From: Candidatus Cryptobacteroides merdigallinarum
Lineage (GTDB): Bacteria; Bacteroidota; Bacteroidia; Bacteroidales; UBA932
Reading direction: 5' to 3'
DNA length: 64,000 nt
Assembly (NCBI GenBank): GCA_017694655.1
Contig: JADIMQ010000003.1
Location: 1,963-65,962, forward strand
A program made the translations under genes and the position numbers. Below are positions 59,998-64,000 of the stretch, one piece after another (positions within the stretch are counted from its first letter, which is position 1; every line of letters begins with the position of its first letter). The notes beneath the pieces were generated by a model that did not search any database, was not told where the DNA came from, and saw only the letters and a program-made list of their open reading frames with translations.

Positions 59998-61368
59998 ATG
60001 CAGAAGATGAAGACCAGGATTATTGTTGCGGCAATCGCTTTTTTAGCCGCATCCGCCGTTTTCCGGACGGATGCCGCCACCAGGAAGACTGATGCCGTCA
60101 CCGGGGCGACAACGGACTCGTCGGCGGTGCGGACACGGACAGGCAAAGACACGGGAAAAGGGTTCATGAACCGTCTCACCATAGGTGGCTATGGTGAGGC
60201 AGTCATGAGCTACAACATGTACAGTGACAATTTCGGCATCTATTCTTCCCCGGAAGCCTACAAGGACAGCAAAGGCCACGGCCGTTTCGACATTCCCCAC
60301 GCCGTGCTGATGCTCGGCTACGATTTCGGCAAGGGCTGGAAGCTCGGCATGGAGATCGAGTTCGAGCACGGCGGAGTCGAGGCTGCCGTGGAGAGGGAGA
60401 ACGGGGAGGCCGGAGAGTTCGAGAAGGAGATAGAGAGGGGAGGGGAAGTGGCCCTGGAACAGTTCTGGGTCGAGAAGTCCTTTTTCCCCCAGCTGAATGT
60501 CAGGGCCGGACATATAATAGTCCCTGTGGGCCTTACCAACAGCTATCATCTCCCTACTGAATTCTTCACAGTGTACCGCCCGGAGGGCGAGAACACCATC
60601 ATCCCCTGCACATGGCATGAGACCGGTATCAGCGTCTGGGGCCGGGCAGGGGACTGGCGGTACGAGGCCCTGATGGTCGCCGGGCTCAACTCCACCTTCT
60701 TCTCCACGGAGGGCTGGGTTCATGACGGCTCGGCCTCCCCGTACGAATTCAAGCCGGCCAGCCAGGTCGCGGGGGCCTTCCGTGTGGACAACTATTCCGT
60801 AGACGGGCTCCGGCTCGGTCTCAGCGGCTACATCGGCAACAGTTTCCACAACGACATTACCACAAACACTTCAGACCAGTACGCCGGGGTGAACGGCACG
60901 GTGATGATAGGAGCTTTCGACTTCGTGTTCGACAGGTACGGCTTCATCGCCAGGGGTAACTTCGACTACGGGTACCTTTCCGACATAGGGTACATCAACA
61001 GGCGCAATTCCACCCAGAACCATACCACTTCCTCCCCTTATGCCAATTCCCTGGTAGGGAAGGCGGCCATCTGCGCCGGGATAGAGGCCGGCTACGACTT
61101 CTTCTCCCTCTCGGAAAGACTGAAGGCCTCGGAGCAGAAATTCTACGTGTTCGCGAGGTATGAGTATTACGATTCATATATCCCGGCTTCCGGCACCACC
61201 CCAAATGCCTGGACGGACAAGCACCGTATTGCGGCCGGAATCAATTATTACCCTATCCCTGAAGTCGGGATCAAGGCTGAATATTCCCACCGTTTCCTGA
61301 AAAGTCCCTACAATCCGGAGCCGTCGGTATCCCTCGGTGTGGTATGGGCAGCGTATTTCATGAATTGA
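59998..61368 (+). CDS. Outer-membrane porin-like protein of the imelysin/di-heme iron locus
   Basis: IGGYGEA, GYDFGKGW...EIEFEHGG, GGEVALEQFW, P.TWHETG; TACTTTTG promoter element at 59975. Confidence 0.75.
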   Translation: MQKMKTRIIVAAIAFLAASAVFRTDAATRKTDAVTGATTDSSAVRTRTGKDTGKGFMNRLTIGGYGEAVMSYNMYSDNFGIYSSPEAYKDSKGHGRFDIPHAVLMLGYDFGKGWKLGMEIEFEHGGVEAAVERENGEAGEFEKEIERGGEVALEQFWVEKSFFPQLNVRAGHIIVPVGLTNSYHLPTEFFTVYRPEGENTIIPCTWHETGISVWGRAGDWRYEALMVAGLNSTFFSTEGWVHDGSASPYEFKPASQVAGAFRVDNYSVDGLRLGLSGYIGNSFHNDITTNTSDQYAGVNGTVMIGAFDFVFDRYGFIARGNFDYGYLSDIGYINRRNSTQNHTTSSPYANSLVGKAAICAGIEAGYDFFSLSERLKASEQKFYVFARYEYYDSYIPASGTTPNAWTDKHRIAAGINYYPIPEVGIKAEYSHRFLKSPYNPEPSVSLGVVWAAYFMN

Positions 61369-61426
61369 GGATATTCCTTATTAAGCACAATCGGCATAAA
61401 ATATTCGGAACATAAAAAATATCCAG

Positions 61427-62611
61427 ATGAAAAAGACAATCTTGATTCTTTTGCCTGTGCTGGCGATAGCCGGCATGACATCATGCGACAAGGGCTCCGA
61501 GGGGCTCGACGACCTCACTGCCCGGGACGACAGGTTCATGGCCATAGCTGACCGTTTCGTGAACCACACCGTAATCCCGACCTATACCAGCCTTTCGGAC
61601 TACACGGAGCAGCTCGTGGAAGACCTTTCCACCCTCAAGGGCGAGGTTACGGATGAGAATCTGAAGAAAGCCTGCGCGACCTTCCTCACCGCACGTGCCT
61701 ACTGGGAGAAGTCCGAGGCCTTCCTCTGGGGTGCTGCCACTGATTTCGGGATCGATCCCCATATAGATACCTGGCCCCTTGACCTCACGGGATTGAGGGA
61801 AGCCCTCACCAACCAGGCGCAGATTGCCGGGCTCGCCGCCGAGGACGGGGACGTATATGCCGGGGAGAAGCTCGGGACCACTCTTCTCGGCTTCCACGGC
61901 ATAGAGTACGTGCTTTTCTACGAGGGAAAGCCGCGCCAGGCCTCCTGGTTCAGCGCCGGGAACACGGACAACGGGGTGACCTGCACAGACTACCTCATAT
62001 ATGCAGTAGCCGTGGCAGGGGACCTCAGGAACAAATGCTGGCAGATGGAGCTTGCCTGGGCCGGCGAGTCTCATAACCCGGAACGTTACGCGAAGGTCAA
62101 CGATGAACTCGAGCTGCCTCTGACCATGACAGGAGGCGCATACTACGGGGAGAACCTTCTGAACGCAGGCCAGGCGGGCAGCTCCTGCCGCAATGCGACC
62201 GTGGCCATGCAGTGGCTTATTGAAGGCTGCAACACCATAGCCGACGAGGTGGCTTCCCAGAAGATAGGAATGGTCTATTCCGGACAGGACGTCACCTATG
62301 TCGAGTCCCCGTACAGCCAGATGTCCATAGTCGATTTCGAGGACAACATGATAAGCATCAGGAATGTCTGGAACGGAGGCATTGAGGGGGACTACGACTC
62401 GGTCAACTCCCTCAGCGCATATTTCAAGGAAACGGACCCTGACCTTGAGAGCCGTGTGTCCTCTGCCATAGACAATTCCATAGCGAAGATAAAGGTCATA
62501 CCGGAGCCGTTCATCGAGAATTACCAGGACGAGAACTGTGCGGCTGCGATAGAGGCCATAGAGGAACTTGACCGCTGCCTGTCGCTTGCCATAAATGCCC
62601 TGACTGAATAA
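61427..62611 (+). CDS. Imelysin-like (peptidase M75) iron-regulated lipoprotein
   Basis: Lipobox MTSC; AR.YWE.SEAFL.G, IDTWP, GFHGIEY (GxHxxE), IADEV...KIG, ESPYS. Confidence 0.88.
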   Translation: MKKTILILLPVLAIAGMTSCDKGSEGLDDLTARDDRFMAIADRFVNHTVIPTYTSLSDYTEQLVEDLSTLKGEVTDENLKKACATFLTARAYWEKSEAFLWGAATDFGIDPHIDTWPLDLTGLREALTNQAQIAGLAAEDGDVYAGEKLGTTLLGFHGIEYVLFYEGKPRQASWFSAGNTDNGVTCTDYLIYAVAVAGDLRNKCWQMELAWAGESHNPERYAKVNDELELPLTMTGGAYYGENLLNAGQAGSSCRNATVAMQWLIEGCNTIADEVASQKIGMVYSGQDVTYVESPYSQMSIVDFEDNMISIRNVWNGGIEGDYDSVNSLSAYFKETDPDLESRVSSAIDNSIAKIKVIPEPFIENYQDENCAAAIEAIEELDRCLSLAINALTE

Positions 62612-62654
62612 TATTTGAATTTGTGAAATGCAAGGCATTGGTATAATAGGTATT

Positions 62655-64000
62655 ATGAAGATGAAAAGGACAATGACTATCATGGCGGCCGTCCTGGCAA
62701 TGGCCGCCTGCAATGACGATCCGGTGTCCACTGAAAACCCGGATCCCCAGCCTGTCCCGGACTGGGTCGCTGTTGAAACATATTCAGGGGGAGAGCTCGG
62801 GACAACGTTCAACGTCTCTGCCTCCGCATTCGAGGATCCGGCCCCGGCAGTGGAGAATGCCGGGCTTGTGCAGCAGTTCAAGCACGGGGAGATGATTTTC
62901 GAGCACAACTACGGGCCCACTTCGGAGCCTTTCGACGGGCTCGGGCCTCTCTACCTCAGGACATCCTGCCTGATGTGCCACCCGGGCTACGGCCACGGGA
63001 AGAGGACGGACGCCTACCGGTACAACGAGATGGGCAACGGCTACCTCCTCGTACTATACGACAAGGAGACGGACGCCTACCTGACATCCCTCACCGGAAT
63101 GCCGCAGACCAAGGCCATAGAGCCGTTCAAGGCTCCGCTCGACGAGGAGAAGATCCAGATAAACTGGCTCTCCTACCAGGACGAATGGGGCAACAAGTTC
63201 CCGGACGGGGAGACCTATGACCTTATTTATCCGGAGGTGGTTATCCCTGCCGACGCCTATTATGTCCCTATCCAGGCGTCGAGGAACGGGCAGACCGTGA
63301 CCCTGACGGCCGACGAGGTGGGCATCCGTCTCGAGTCGACCATCGGGATATACGGTACCGGACTTCTCGACGCCATCCCGGACGATTCCCTGAAGGTCCA
63401 GTATGCAAAGCTCGAGGAAGTCGAGAAGGCTACCGGCAGGGACCTTGTGAACGACGCCTTCTTCAAGGACGGCGAATGGGTGAAGCAGTATTCCAACTCG
63501 CTGCAGGGCAACGGTGAACAGCATCCGTACCGCTTCACATACGCCCTCAGCCGAGGTGCTCTGCAGGATGGTCCGGGTGCCAACGCCATCTGGAACATAA
63601 CAAATGTTACGCGTTCCGACCGCAGGTACCACTATATGACTACTGCGTACGCTGCCACGGCTTCGCAGGACCCTGACGTCCAGGACGGGTTCTACCACTT
63701 CATCGACACCTATTTCCCTGACTGCAAGGACATGTGGGAAACCGGGAATGTGGAGCAGGACATCTATTCCTTCCTAACGAGCCAGAAGCTTCCGGTGGAG
63801 ATGACCGACGAGGAGTACACGGACCTGATGATATGGCACAGGGGACTGGCGGTGCCTGCGGCGAGGAACCTTTCCGACACCCAGGTGCAGAGGGGCCGTG
63901 AGCTTTTCCGGGAAATAGGCTGCGCTTCCTGCCACAGGCCTTCCTGGAAGACTGGGCCAGACAACTACAACGACCCGAACCTCTTCTTCACCGGCGACGA
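62655..64000 (+). CDS. Di-heme oxidoreductase (DHOR/DUF1111) lipoprotein, partial at right edge
   Basis: Hand translation MKMKRTMTIMAAVLAMAAC...GLGPLY.RTSCLMCHPGYGHG...G.GLLDAI...GCASCHRP; two CxxCH motifs; absent from the ORF track because no stop lies in the window. Confidence 0.88.
   Translation, partial: MKMKRTMTIMAAVLAMAACNDDPVSTENPDPQPVPDWVAVETYSGGELGTTFNVSASAFEDPAPAVENAGLVQQFKHGEMIFEHNYGPTSEPFDGLGPLYLRTSCLMCHPGYGHGKRTDAYRYNEMGNGYLLVLYDKETDAYLTSLTGMPQTKAIEPFKAPLDEEKIQINWLSYQDEWGNKFPDGETYDLIYPEVVIPADAYYVPIQASRNGQTVTLTADEVGIRLESTIGIYGTGLLDAIPDDSLKVQYAKLEEVEKATGRDLVNDAFFKDGEWVKQYSNSLQGNGEQHPYRFTYALSRGALQDGPGANAIWNITNVTRSDRRYHYMTTAYAATASQDPDVQDGFYHFIDTYFPDCKDMWETGNVEQDIYSFLTSQKLPVEMTDEEYTDLMIWHRGLAVPAARNLSDTQVQRGRELFREIGCASCHRPSWKTGPDNYNDPNLFFTGD

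Noticed and set aside
1-64000. CRISPR array, cas genes, rRNA, or a DGR/retron diversifying the tip pilins
   Set aside because: No regularly spaced repeats, no reverse-transcriptase motif, and no near-identical TR/VR pair seen by eye.

Overview
Bacteroidales-type DNA (TAnnTTTG promoters, SusC/D, CTn-type tra genes). 1-8.8 kb is a type V (Mfa/Fim-like) pilus cluster: DUF3575 barrel, OmpA-like/TPR lipoprotein, two stalk pilins, a FimB/Mfa2-like anchor and two paralogous tip pilins. It contains a tRNA-like cloverleaf between the pilin and anchor genes. About 11.2-29.3 kb is an AT-richer, ECF/anti-sigma-controlled SusCD locus with no recognisable glycoside hydrolase. Instead it has two glycerophosphodiesterases, a GlpT-like transporter, an MBL hydrolase, a phosphate-porin-like barrel and a LamG + 4x beta-trefoil protein. 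29.8-46.7 kb is the backbone of an integrative conjugative element (ICE): an AAA+/VWA/WYL_2/Rad52-like/YqaJ operon divergent from a compact tra operon, two HTH proteins, and a tyrosine integrase abutting the 3' end of a DUF2795 gene (probable att). The left end of the element, its relaxase and its coupling protein are not visible in the window. 46.7-64 kb looks chromosomal: folE, a second pilin-less DUF3575/OmpA-like/FimB trio, DUF2130, a metallophosphoesterase, DUF362, a TonB receptor, CMD-cupin and a porin/imelysin/di-heme iron-type locus. All family calls come from motifs recognised by eye, not from database searches.
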